Below are positions 50,401-60,439 of a stretch of 64,000 bases of DNA, one piece after another. The position numbers and the translations under genes are program-made. The DNA is from Octopus vulgaris (lineage: Eukaryota): NCBI GenBank assembly GCA_951406725.2, contig OX597825.1, positions 58,218,001 to 58,282,000 of the forward strand, written 5' to 3'. Position 1 is the first letter of the stretch; the number at the start of each line of letters is the position of its first letter. The notes beneath the pieces were generated by a model. It was not told where the DNA came from. It saw only the letters and a program-made list of their open reading frames with translations, and did not search any database.

Positions 50401-53400
50401 TAACAGTTCAGCAAAAGAGATTGATAGAATAAGTACCAGGCTTTAAAAAAAATACTGGAGTCGATCCATTTGATTAAAGATTCTTCAAGGTAGTGCCCCA
50501 GCATGGCCGTAGGCTAATGACTGAAACAAGTAAAAAATATTCATACTTTAACCTCTCATCACTTAGCATAAAGATTCCTCACTCTCTATTGCGTCCCTCA
50601 CAGTTAAAGGGGCTTAATCTTGTGAGCTACATGATGACCCCACTGGAACTGGTGTCACAATAAAAAGCATTCAGTACATTCTGTAAGGTGGTTGATGTTA
50701 GGAAGGGCATTCAGCTATAGAAACCATGCCAAAGCAAATAGTGGAATACAACATAGTCCTCCAGCCTATTGGATCCTGTCCAAACCATCTGACTCATACC
50801 AGCATGGAGGACAGGCATTAAAAGATGATGAGGACGATAATGATTCAGAATGCTTTTTAGGAGTAATAACTAACCTTGTTACTTTAAAAAGATGAATGGC
50901 AAAGTTGACCTCAGTAAGATTAGAACTCATAATGTAAATGGTTATAATTAAATAGTGCCAGCACTGTGCTTGATGCTCTAATGATTTCGACAGTCTGCTA
51001 CCTCATATAATGCTAGTCATAAACAGCTGCTAACCTTTTACTTACAACCTACATTTGACAATTATTTGCTCGCATATATGGGACAGTGTAATGACTACAT
51101 ACACACATACACATACACAGTGAAACATGCACAAACATTCCAAATAGTAAAAGTATAAAAAGGAGAGGAAAGCAAGCTGTTTGAGAGTCAAACCTTCACT
51201 CACATCACTCTACAAACAGTTGTAGCATTTCTTTCTTCTTTAATGTTGTTGCAACAGCTGCTTCTATTTGTCTGAACTTGCAGACACAGCATACTCCTAC
51301 TATCCAAAATTTTATATTAAATACTACACCAAACCAACCATCTGGAACTTCATCTGTACCACACCATCTCCACCAACAAACTTTTTAAAAATTCAAACTA
51401 AGCATTCAATCCCATTAACTTCTCTATTCTATTAACCCTTTCGTTACCAACCCAGCTAAAACCGACTCTGGCTCTGAGTACAAATGTCGTGTTTCCATAA
51501 GTTCTGAATTTAAATTTTCCACCAAACCTTAGTCACAATTTATGTTCTCTAACACTAGCTGAATGATAACTAAGTTACATAACTAAATTCTTTGTTATAT
51601 TTTAAATTAATTGAAAGAAGCATAGAGCATCTCAAAATAAATACAGTAACGAAAGGGTTAATGTACCTCAAGTTCCAAAGGGAATTTTTAAAGAGAGATA
51701 AGTTCTGCTAAAATGGCACTAGATAAAACATCAATGCTTGTACACAAAACATTCCCAGATGATCAGATTCCTATTCCTCACAAGTAGTGAATTGAAATTA
51801 TGTAGAATAAAGCATTTCTCCCCATAAACACAAGGAAATATCTGCATTGGGTTTGAACTCATGGCTTATGAGCAAGTAGCCCAATACCTCATCTACATTG
51901 CCACCTTCCATCTACACATTACAAACTACACTTAGCCATTCCATCATATAGCCAACACTGGCCTGAAAAAAGCTCTAGTCACTGCTATGCCTCTTCAGAC
52001 TAACAAAAGTACATTTCTTTTCTCAACCACATCATCATTATCATAATTTCATGCCTGTTTTTCCTTGTTAGCATGGGTTGGACAAGTGTTCTAACACATT
52101 GTCTAGCCACTTATGTAGATTCTTTTTTATCATCTAATATAGGATTTTGTATAATCTTGTGATTTTGCAAGATGTCTTTCAACAAAATTTGATAAAAATT
52201 CATCTCATAAAAAAAAAAAATATTCATTTTTAAACTATTGTATGAATTTTTATTATCATCATTGTTGTTTTCATAATGCTTACATTTCCATTCATGCATG
52301 GGTCAGACAGAATTTGCTGAGGCATGTTTCCAACAGCTGAATTCACTTCCTGTTGCCATGCCTCACCTATTTCCAAGCAAGGAAATATTTCTCCCAACCA
52401 GATATGTTTTCACAGAAGATTGAAAACAAATGACATCGCTTGTATGATGGCGAAACTGGTTTGCTTACAACTATCATGCAATGCTGAGAGAAAGAAACAC
52501 AAAAACATGCACACACACACACACATATATATGTATGTAAACACACATACACACAAAAAGCTTTTTTTTTTCAGTTTCCATCTACCAAAGCCACTCACTG
52601 ACTTTGGCTGGCTCATGGTGCTACACTGAAATGGAATCTAAAACCATGTGGCTGGGAAGTGCTTAGGCCTGTTTTAAATGAATAAATTCTCTTACTGAAA
52701 CAATTTTTGTTTTATTTAATGTCATTAGAATAAGTGTCAAGGGTTCTCCATAAAATATAGTTAAGGATCCTTATAATTTCTTTGAAAATCACATAGAGGA
52801 CATACAGCAACAAGTTCTTTTAACTGCTGATTTAAATACACACAAAAAAGAAAAACTGCCAAACTTTGTTGCCATTTTTTGTTTGGGTTTTAGAGTTGGA
52901 TGTCTTTCCTATCACCAACCATTTTTCAGTATAGACTGAGTACATTGTAATATGCCAGAAGCACTACAGAGGTTGTCTGTCAGGACTAAAGCATCCCACT
53001 TGGAGTGAAGGTGTGGACGAGCAGTTAGTGACTTCATTGTCAGTGGATCCAAATTTACAAACATCTTTTACATAATGTTGACATTCGTTTTCTCTCCACT
53101 CCTTTACAAGGATTGTTCCAACCAGTGCAGCTTCTTTACCGGGATTTTTTTAAATTTTATTTTTCGGTGTATTACTGGTATTGGTTTCACAGTGATGGAA
53201 TGGAATCAGTAGTTACTAAAGTGATTGATACTCAATCTCAAAAAAGGCAATGATAGTATTTGAAAGTTTATGGAATTAAAAGGCTATAGAACAAATTCTA
53301 AAACTGTGTCGTTAATTTATGATAACGTGAAACTTTTCTATTCTGCTTTTCCTTCTTTTACCCTGTTACATCCATTTTCTCTTCCACCGATTCACACACA

Positions 53401-55993
53401 GCACACATTCAATCATATACACTTGCTTTCAAAGTGAAATATGAACAAAAAAAAAAACTTAATAAATCTTAAATAATACCTTTTTGTCAAAAGAATTGAG
53501 TTAACTGGAATATTTATTTCGAAAGTGAATCGTAAAAATAAAATAAAAATAGAATAAAAACTACCGTGACTGCATCGAAATGTCTAGAATACAACCGAAC
53601 ATAGCAAAGTCGGTAAATAAATACGATGTTTGGTATCTATCATAATTAAAGAACTTCTACATTTCAAGGGGAAGAAATGAGATTATACGATTCTCGTGCT
53701 TTCCCCCGAAATTTTAGTGACATAAGAGGAAATGTCGCAGTTACACCCAAGAATTTAAAGCCGGCTTGACCAGAGCCAAATAACCTTGAAATTTTAAACC
53801 TCAAAAGCCGGTTTTCTGAGTAAACATGTAACTAATGATGATGATGATGAGTTTACTTCTGTGTAATACTAACATTTATTTTATGAGAGACGCTGGACAA
53901 AAATTAATAAACAAATAAATAGGGATAATTAGACATAATTAAGGTATAATTAAGAATCTAGAAGATTGCACATGCAAGTATAAAATTTGGGGTGGGGTAA
54001 TCGAGATGGTGGTGAGTGATTGAGAATATATAATGTTCATGCCTTTTCCAAGGACATAAACAATATAAGTAACTGCAGAACCGAAACTGCACCTCGTTAA
54101 TTTTTGCTGTATGCGGGGGGAGGGGGTAAAATGCAGGTATGAAAGTCACAACTTCCCATATCTCGGGATTCATTCCTATACAAGAAACAATTCCACACAC
54201 GATGATAATTCTTAGGTCTGTTGAAATTACTGTTTACATTATGTTTTGGAATCGTCAAAAAAACAACGAAATATATATAAATATATATGGGTGAAAGAAT
54301 CATGTTACATTTTCCATAGACACACACACACAGACATTTTGGTGCTGTTTACCATTTCTCAAATCACATTATATACGAAGTATGTTTCTCTATCTTCTCT
54401 GATATTACACAAATAGAAGTGACAGAAAATATTGGCATAACTACACATTAGTGTCCCGCCAACTTTTAAGGAAATTTTGCAGAAATATGTTTCCCAGGGT
54501 CTAGGTTATGATTATCATGACCACATTAAAAACAACAATTTTTTTTCTTTTCAACAGGGTTTCGAATCATCCTCACTCTTTCGACTTTGTTTCTTCATGT
54601 ATATTCTTACATGACACTTTACAGAAACATGTTTTTCAGATTGTAGATTACATAATGTTGACGTTTCAAACACAGGAATTCGAAAAAGAAAAAAATAATA
54701 GTGAAATGTTAAAGTTAAGACATTTGTAGCAAATCAGGTTGGAGAGAATAAGAACGATCTCCATCGAAATGTCTTATTTTGTTTTTCTAAATTCTTTAAA
54801 CACAATCATAATCTACAACGTATCTCAAAGAAATTCCATTTTAAAAAAATATCCCTTTTTCGGAGAGTCATAGGGAAATAAAATCCAGGGCATCAATCTG
54901 TAGTTATGCCTGAATTTTTACCGATCACTTGCATTTGTCTGCATCGTGACATGAAAAAGTGCGTGGTTGCACTAGTTGTGTATTCTATCGTTATTCAGCT
55001 AAATGAACACACACGTACATATATATCTTCATAAACACATCTATATATATATATGCATGTCTTGTCGCTAATTAAAACAGTGACAAGACGACAAATATAT
55101 CAGCCACTTCTGCATCATTATTTTGCCATACATATACAATAATTATTATATGAATAAGCCTGTGGATTTATAATTGGATATATATTTGTATGTCTGTGCG
55201 CGCGTGTTCATATAATGATCTATATATATATATATATATATATATAGATAGATAGATAGATAGATAGATATAGATATATAAATATATGTATGTATATGTA
55301 TATATATGATCATATCGCTAACAGTAATGCGATGATGCAAACACACAGGCAAAAAGCTAGTTTGTATATTGTCATACACCTTCACTTGAAAATTATACAC
55401 ACATATACAATTACAGATGTAGCAATACTCGTAACGGAACACAATACCTTACGCATATAAATGTTAAACTGGTCAATGTATTGTTAACAAAATTAAACAT
55501 ACATACACAGAGTTATAAGCACATATTTATTTATATCTATAGATCTATATCTAAACATATCTATCTACCTATGTCTCTCTTTATGATATATATATAGAGA
55601 GAGTGATAGATGGATGTATGTATATATATAGACAGGCAGACAGACATGTGCATTATTGCGTTATATATGCAATCCAGTTAAACACTAATTGTTACAGTAT
55701 ATTTAATTTAGTTAGAAATGCCGCACCTCTTGCAAGCCTTACTCGCTTCTGCCCACTCCTCTTTTACACTCGGATCGTACATAAAATCTGACCTATATAA
55801 CACTATACACGGTCACACACACACAGATATATACATATATACACGCGCGTGTAAAAGTTTGTTGTGTTTATACAGATATAGAGAGACAGACGAACACGTA
55901 TACACACGAGAGAAGAAGATCTACCTACATGGAAGGATCACGCTTGAAGGCCAAGTTGACGTCCGATAGAATCCGTTCGCCTCGTGCGTCCAT
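31906..55993 (-). CDS. PTAR1: Protein prenyltransferase alpha subunit repeat-containing protein 1 (GGTase-III alpha), 7 coding exons, 423 aa
   Basis: Manually spliced CDS 65+170+76+105+322+290+244=1272 nt, open throughout with GT-AG introns. Peptides NRSPVTLVSHKLGIEFWSVK, NPECSTAWNVRKELI, LTKHPKSAEVFSHRKW, NYYAWNHRTWV, HISDHSCFQYRQFLL and SYPGHETLWYHRR match PTAR1 as I recall it (human NRSPIVLVENKLGVESWCVK, NPDFTTAWNVRKELI, YPGHETLWCHRR). Confidence 0.95.
32424..32775 (+). mobile_element. 3' fragment of R4/Dong-clade LINE (restriction-like endonuclease) in a (TAA)n tract, PTAR1 intron 6
   Basis: ACPADNKV..KEERK...LAWEVKQLWSMKKVAVVPIIVGALGTV...LQNAALLGT; (TAA)n on both flanks, the known Dong target. 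Confidence 0.8.
32780..33340. repeat. Unclassified ~560-bp interspersed repeat (second copy about 45585-46140)
   Basis: Two clearly homologous copies, both ending CTCTCACTCAATAATAA. Confidence 0.75.
33930..34143. mobile_element. piggyBac-like MITE, second family
   Basis: TTAA|CCCTTT...GCTAAAGGG|TTAA; related copies at about 24716-25249 (SINE-interrupted), 36335-36543 and 41278-41500. Confidence 0.7.
34236..34525 (-). CDS. PTAR1: PTAR1 coding exon 6 (MFLSELSWSKSWIQQHISDHSCFQYRQFLL...SYPGHETLWYHR)
   Basis: Acceptor ctctgtttag, donor gtaac, 290 nt. Confidence 0.95.
35439..35760 (-). CDS. PTAR1: PTAR1 coding exon 5 (KWLLNHL...EFDTCTLAASKYSCNYYAWNHRTWVMKLILCYSYT)
   Basis: Acceptor aatttccag, donor gtaagt, 322 nt; NY.AW.HR motif. 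Confidence 0.95.
36581..36830 (+). mobile_element. Helitron-like non-autonomous element, 5' part
   Basis: A|TCTATTATATAAAA...TGTCTGTGTGTGTGTC start, as in 16499; 3' CTRR end not located. Confidence 0.45.
37167..37271 (-). CDS. PTAR1: PTAR1 coding exon 4 (KELILTGDLKAGDCLKLGTLILTKHPKSAEVFSHR)
   Basis: Acceptor tttttgaag, donor gtaact, 105 nt; PKS...HR repeat motif. Confidence 0.95.
37430..38712 (+). mobile_element. Full-length mariner transposon (1283 bp, irritans-like), transposase pseudogene 37597-38639, in PTAR1 intron 3
   Basis: TA TSD (37428-29 / 38713-14); TIRs CAAGGGACGTTCAATAAGTAATGCC.CTGACCCACTT and AAGTGGGTCAGGGGCATTACTTATTGAACGCCCCTCG; motifs RSGRP, SARWIPRLLT, TQDETW, QDNAPVH, PDLAPSNF, WEKCV; frameshifts near 37800 and 38425. 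Confidence 0.95.
39322..39397 (-). CDS. PTAR1: PTAR1 coding exon 3 (PHEILSLTRAVVMINPECSTAWNVR)
   Basis: Acceptor tatttttcag, donor gtgagt, 76 nt; PFTA-repeat motif NP...TAWN.R. Confidence 0.95.
40830..40945 (+). repeat. Polypurine G-run tract (G-quadruplex/H-DNA prone)
   Basis: Almost only G/A with several G3-G6 runs. Confidence 0.7.
41889..42342. mobile_element. Small TIR element with ~30-bp subterminal tandem repeats, interrupted by a 249-bp templated insert
   Basis: Left AAGTTCACCRTCATCAATTCACCGCAGGG-like unit x3; right CCTGCAGTGAATTGATGGCAATGAACTTA is its reverse complement. Confidence 0.6.
43620..44100 (+). mobile_element. Old RTE-type LINE AP-endonuclease remnant
   Basis: YGVRNEVEARLFEFYDANHLAICSTSF resembles G.RN..G.RLLEFC..N.L.I.NT.F. 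Confidence 0.55.
44188..44398 (+). mobile_element. 5'-truncated young RTE LINE 3' end with 12-bp TSD
   Basis: GGQLKTWATMIKEDL...QDRRAWATMVRDAI, CAAGTACAA tail; TSD AATAGTACAGTA at 44176-44187 and 44399-44410. Confidence 0.85.
44655..44824 (-). CDS. PTAR1: PTAR1 coding exon 2 (DEYDYLPVDQATQNRSPVTLVSHKLGIEFWSVKVLFQHAYTKLLAWRNREANSKYL)
   Basis: Acceptor ttctttttcag, donor gtatgg, 170 nt. Confidence 0.95.
45200..48030 (-). mobile_element. Cluster of Nin-type SINE copies with (TAA)n spacers in PTAR1 intron 1
   Basis: Repeated ACTGGTACTT..GACCC..AAGGATGAAAGGCAAAGTCGACC..GAATTTGAACTCAGAA units. Confidence 0.8.
50178..50311. mobile_element. hAT (Charlie-like) MITE nested in a SINE
   Basis: TIR CAGTGGTTCCCAACCT / AGGTTGGGAACCACTG; 8-bp TSD atatatgt/gtatatgt. 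Confidence 0.85.
55929..55993 (-). CDS. PTAR1: PTAR1 coding exon 1 (MDARGERILSDVNLAFKRDPS-I)
   Basis: ATG at 55993-55991; donor GTAGGT after 55929; phase 2 joins exon 2 (AT|T=Ile); resembles PTAR1 N-terminus D..NAFRRNP.IDE; CpG-rich context. Confidence 0.9.
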
Positions 55994-55995
55994 TC

Positions 55996-56024
55996 TTGTT
56001 TACCTGCTGTCACGTGACCAGCTG
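55996..56024. promoter_or_regulatory. PTAR1 proximal motif cluster: FoxO element TTGTTTAC (55996-56003), CLEAR/E-box GTCACGTGAC (56009-56018), E-box CAGCTG (56019-56024)
   Basis: Exact motif matches 3-31 bp upstream of the ATG in a locally CpG-rich region. Function is inferred. Confidence 0.5.
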
Positions 56025-56776
56025 ACAGCCAGCGCCACCTTGAACGTGAGGCGTCGTAGAGTGCAGGGTTTCAATCCCCACCTCCGTCTAACCCTCAACG
56101 TTCTTCGTCATATATACGGCAGGGACAAAAATAATAGAAAAAAGTAAATAAAAAAATAGTGAAATCAGCAGCCAGAAACACACAAATAATAAAATAGCGC
56201 TTTCTAAAATAGCATTTTCATCGAATTTTTGTTGTGGTTGTTGTCTACGCTATTTGGAGTGAGGAATTTAGCAGAGAGCCGTTTTTACGTAACCCTGTTT
56301 CGATTATAGGCTGTAACCTTTTTAGTTATGTAATTAACGTCATTTGCAAAGACATTTTATATCACATTCTGATTTTCATTCCCCAATAAATATTAGACGT
56401 ATACGAGAGAATGAGTTTGTGTGTATAGAGAGAGGCAGCCAGACAGAGAAAGAGAGAGAAAAAATAAGTTTTGAAATACATAGAAGCAAACAATTAAACA
56501 AAAGACACAAACACACACATCTATGCGTATACATCTAGACATACGCAGTATGTGCACACGTGTACATGTATGTGCGTGTGTGCACACGTGTTTATTTATG
56601 TTGATAATTTGATTTAACCTTAATGATTTAATGCCAATTAGAAAGGTATAACTGGAATATCAGTTCACCTTCTAAATAATTTTTTTCTTATATATAATTA
56701 ATCTGTCATTGAATGGCAACCACAGTACAGTTCGTGAACCGGTTTCGAGTCTCGGTCGAAACACTATTCACTCCAC

Positions 56777-56853
56777 TTACGTCACAAGTTGTCCTTGTGA
56801 ATTGTATGAAGGTCACAACGCCCTGTTTTTAACTTCCGCTTAAAATGTCAGGT
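56777..56853. promoter_or_regulatory. Second promoter-like motif cluster: CRE-like TTACGTCA, ETS core ACTTCCG, AAAATGTCAG|gt
   Basis: Motifs at 56777-56784, 56832-56838 and 56842-56853, at the far edge of the CpG-retaining region. Confidence 0.3.
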
Positions 56854-57108
56854 TTAATGTCACTGCTACCAGTTGATTGTATGCGGATCTAACTTTTGAA
56901 TGGAGATATAATTAATTAATTATTTAATTAATTGGTTGATTGAGTGATATATTGGATGTGTATTACATTCACTCAGACTGACTTCAGATGGATGAATGGG
57001 GAAAAAGTCGATCCCATCAGAATTTTGAAACCAAAACAACATGACCTTGAACCAGACAGTAAATCAGCTGGTATGGCTATCTGTTTAGTTGGTTGGTTCA
57101 ACAACAGA

Positions 57109-57143
<35 letters not shown>

Positions 57144-59360
57144 ATTGTCTCTCGGATCTTTACCGGTCAAAAAGTAAAGAGCCTGTCTCTCATTTAGGTA
57201 AAAGGTTTTGTGTGGAGGGCTGATTGATTACATCAATACCCAGAATTTGGTTCTTTATTTCATCAACTTTGGAGGGATGAAAAGCGTAGTTCACTTCTTT
57301 GTACAGGATTTGAACATAGAATATAAAAGAGCTGGAAAGAACAGTGCAATGTATTTTTTCTGGTGCACTAATGACTTAGTTAGCCTGATGATGATAGTTT
57401 AAAATTTTGGAACAAGGCCTGCAATTTCAACTGGTACTTATTTTATCAAGCCCAAAAGGATAAAAGGTATATTAATCTTAAACCAGCAGTACTTATCCGT
57501 GGTAGTGGGCACAAGGCCTGACATTTTTTAGAGAAGGGGGCTAGTCAGTTATATTGATCCCAGTTCCTTTCATCTTTTGTGGTTAAGAAAGTAAGTACCA
57601 ATTAGACACTGGGGTTAATGTAATCAACTAGCCATCTCCCAACAAATTTCAGGCCTTGAACCTATTGTAGAAAGGACTATTCTTGTCCTCCTTCCACAGA
57701 ACATTGATCTTCTGGAATCTCTTCTCCATTCGAGTCTTTTCACAGATATTGACCTGCAGCAGTTTAAATGTAGCATTAACAGCATCAAGCTAATAGGATC
57801 TCAGAGAGCCTGTAAAGATCATAAAGTAATCGCTATCTGCAGACTCAACCAGTGAAAAAGAAAGAAAGTGACCTGGAAATAGTAGACAAATCACCTTCAA
57901 GTTACTCCAAAGAACACGTTGTATAGTGTTATCTAAGGTGCACTATGTCTGAAAAAATCAGGATGATTGAAGCAGGAGTGTCTTCAATCAAAGATTCACT
58001 CATTTACAGCCACCTTGAGACTAAATTACATAAGATCAGTCAAGCAGAACCAACAAAAGGGGGTTTTCTGAGGCTGTTCAATCTTCCAGAAATAGTAGCT
58101 CTGCTTTTCTATGATCTTATCAGATGTTTCTCAGATGGAAGTCAATGATGAAGATCCACCCAAAGAAGTCAAGAACACAGCCTCATTAAAAACTCCTTTG
58201 ACCTTAGTTCTGTTTGACACAATGGATTGAGGAAAAAGACAATAAGGAAATCTAAAAATCACAAAGGCCACACAAAACCATAAACAACATGCCTGGTATG
58301 TAGTTGCAGGTCACCTAAACCTGACCTAGGCTATACACCCACATCAATAAATAATTTCTATATATTATTCATACGATAAAAAGAAGCATCTGCTTAGATG
58401 CTTACCACCATCATCCTCATCATTTAACATCCTTTGTCTATGCTGGCATGGTTTAGACAGTTTAACCAGGGCTGGTAAGCTGAGGGTCTGCAACAGGCTC
58501 CAGTCTGATTTGGTATGGTTTCTACAGCTGGATGTCCTTCCTGAGAGTGTAATGGGTGCTTTTACATGCCATCAGTATGAGTGCCAGTTGCCCGACACCA
58601 GTATCTCCCACAACTATAATTTCACTTGGCTTGACGGGTCTTCTCATGCACAGCATATTGCCAAAAGTCTTGGTCATTTGTTATTGTTTCTGTGAGGCCC
58701 AGTGTTCAAAAGATGCTTTTTAATTATATCTCTAGCATGGGTGCTAGCAGTTAACTCTCCCTTACTCCTTTTGACACTAACATGTCTGAGACCACCCCTA
58801 GTCCTATGATACAAATGTTCCTGTTTTAAAGTGACCTAAATTAAAACCTTCAATCAAAATATATCAATTTGTCTCAAACATCAATTTAATTGCTAAATGC
58901 TTCATTATTTTGAAAATTAATTGAAACAAAGATAGCACATTTCAATAGAAATATGCTAACATTCACTATCTTTAAAAAGGGAAAAGCATTTATATAATGT
59001 AGAGATAGACCACTAAAAGACAGGGTGGTCATTGCTGGAATGCTTTTGTCTGTGATTGATCTGGGGCTCAATGATGGATTCTCTATATGGTTGGTCAATC
59101 TAGTGGAAACAGTTGCCAAATCTCCCTCAAGTCACTCCATAAAGCCCACCTTAAGAGAAAAAAACATACTAAAGGTGCAGGAGTGGCTGTGTGGTTAGGT
59201 AGCTTGCTTACCAACCACATGGTTCTGGGTTCAGTCCCACAGCATGGCACCTTGGGCAAGTTTTTTCTACTATAGCCTCAGGCTGACCAAGGCCTTGTGA
59301 GTGGACTTGGTAGACAGAAACTGAAAAGAAGCCCATCGTATATATGTATATATGTATGTA

Positions 59361-59399
<39 letters not shown>

Positions 59400-60439
59400 A
59401 TGTATATGTTTGTGTGTCTGTGTTTGTCCCCCCAACATCACTTGACAACTGATGCTAGTATGTTTACGTCCCTGTAACTTAGCGGTTCAGCAAAAGAGAC
59501 CGATAGAATAAGTACTAGGCTTACAAAGAATAAATCCTGGGGTCGATTTGCACAACTAAAGGCGGTGCTCCTGCATGGCCACAGTCAAATGACTGAAACA
59601 AGTAAAAGAGTGAAGAGAGAGAGAGTATACTGGATAAGGTACTTAAAATGGCTTAAACTTCAGTGAGTTTCATATATGAAGAAAGAGTATAGTTGGGCCT
59701 TACTATTATGGTATCATTGGGACCAGTGTACTGGACTTTTGAGAGATGTGTTTAACTCATTCATCAGACTGGAGTCAATGACTATCTACTGGGCCCCACC
59801 TCCTAAAAAATAAAAAGCTCAGCACCCTTGAATTCTGAGAGAATCCCACCATTTTTGGGACCAGGAAGTGGTTTTGTCCTAGCTTGCCAAAATTCACTTA
59901 GAAGATCTATCAATGAAGTGTCAGATTGGTGAGTATGTTGGATCCCTAGTCTTCAAATTAACACATTCTGTTTACCCAATAACTAGGTATTCTGTCTTAC
60001 TTTTTAAACAACTTGTAAACCAGCACAACACAGTAAATAAAGAGAAAAGAAGCGTTAAGTGAAAACCAAGTGAAATTTTAATGAGGAACAGGTAAAATAG
60101 AGTATAGATGTAGTAATTCTTTTGACTTGTTTAAGGAAGTTTATTGCTGTCACTTTCAAAGTGAAGAACTTGAATTTACAACTAAGCACTTACTACATAT
60201 CAACTTCAATGCAGTTAGTCCCAAACACAGTTGAGAAAGGAAGGGAATTGTAGGTGTAGTCTTCGCAGCCCTGCACTAACAAGTTTTTATTTTGCTACTG
60301 AAATGCCAAGAAGAGACCATATGAAACCAGTCTTGGTAAGAGGAGGTAGTCCTCAGAGACTGCATATGATGCAACATAATGAAAGTCAAAAGGAAGCTAT
60401 GATGTAGCACAACCTTTTTTTTTTTAACCAAGGACAGCC

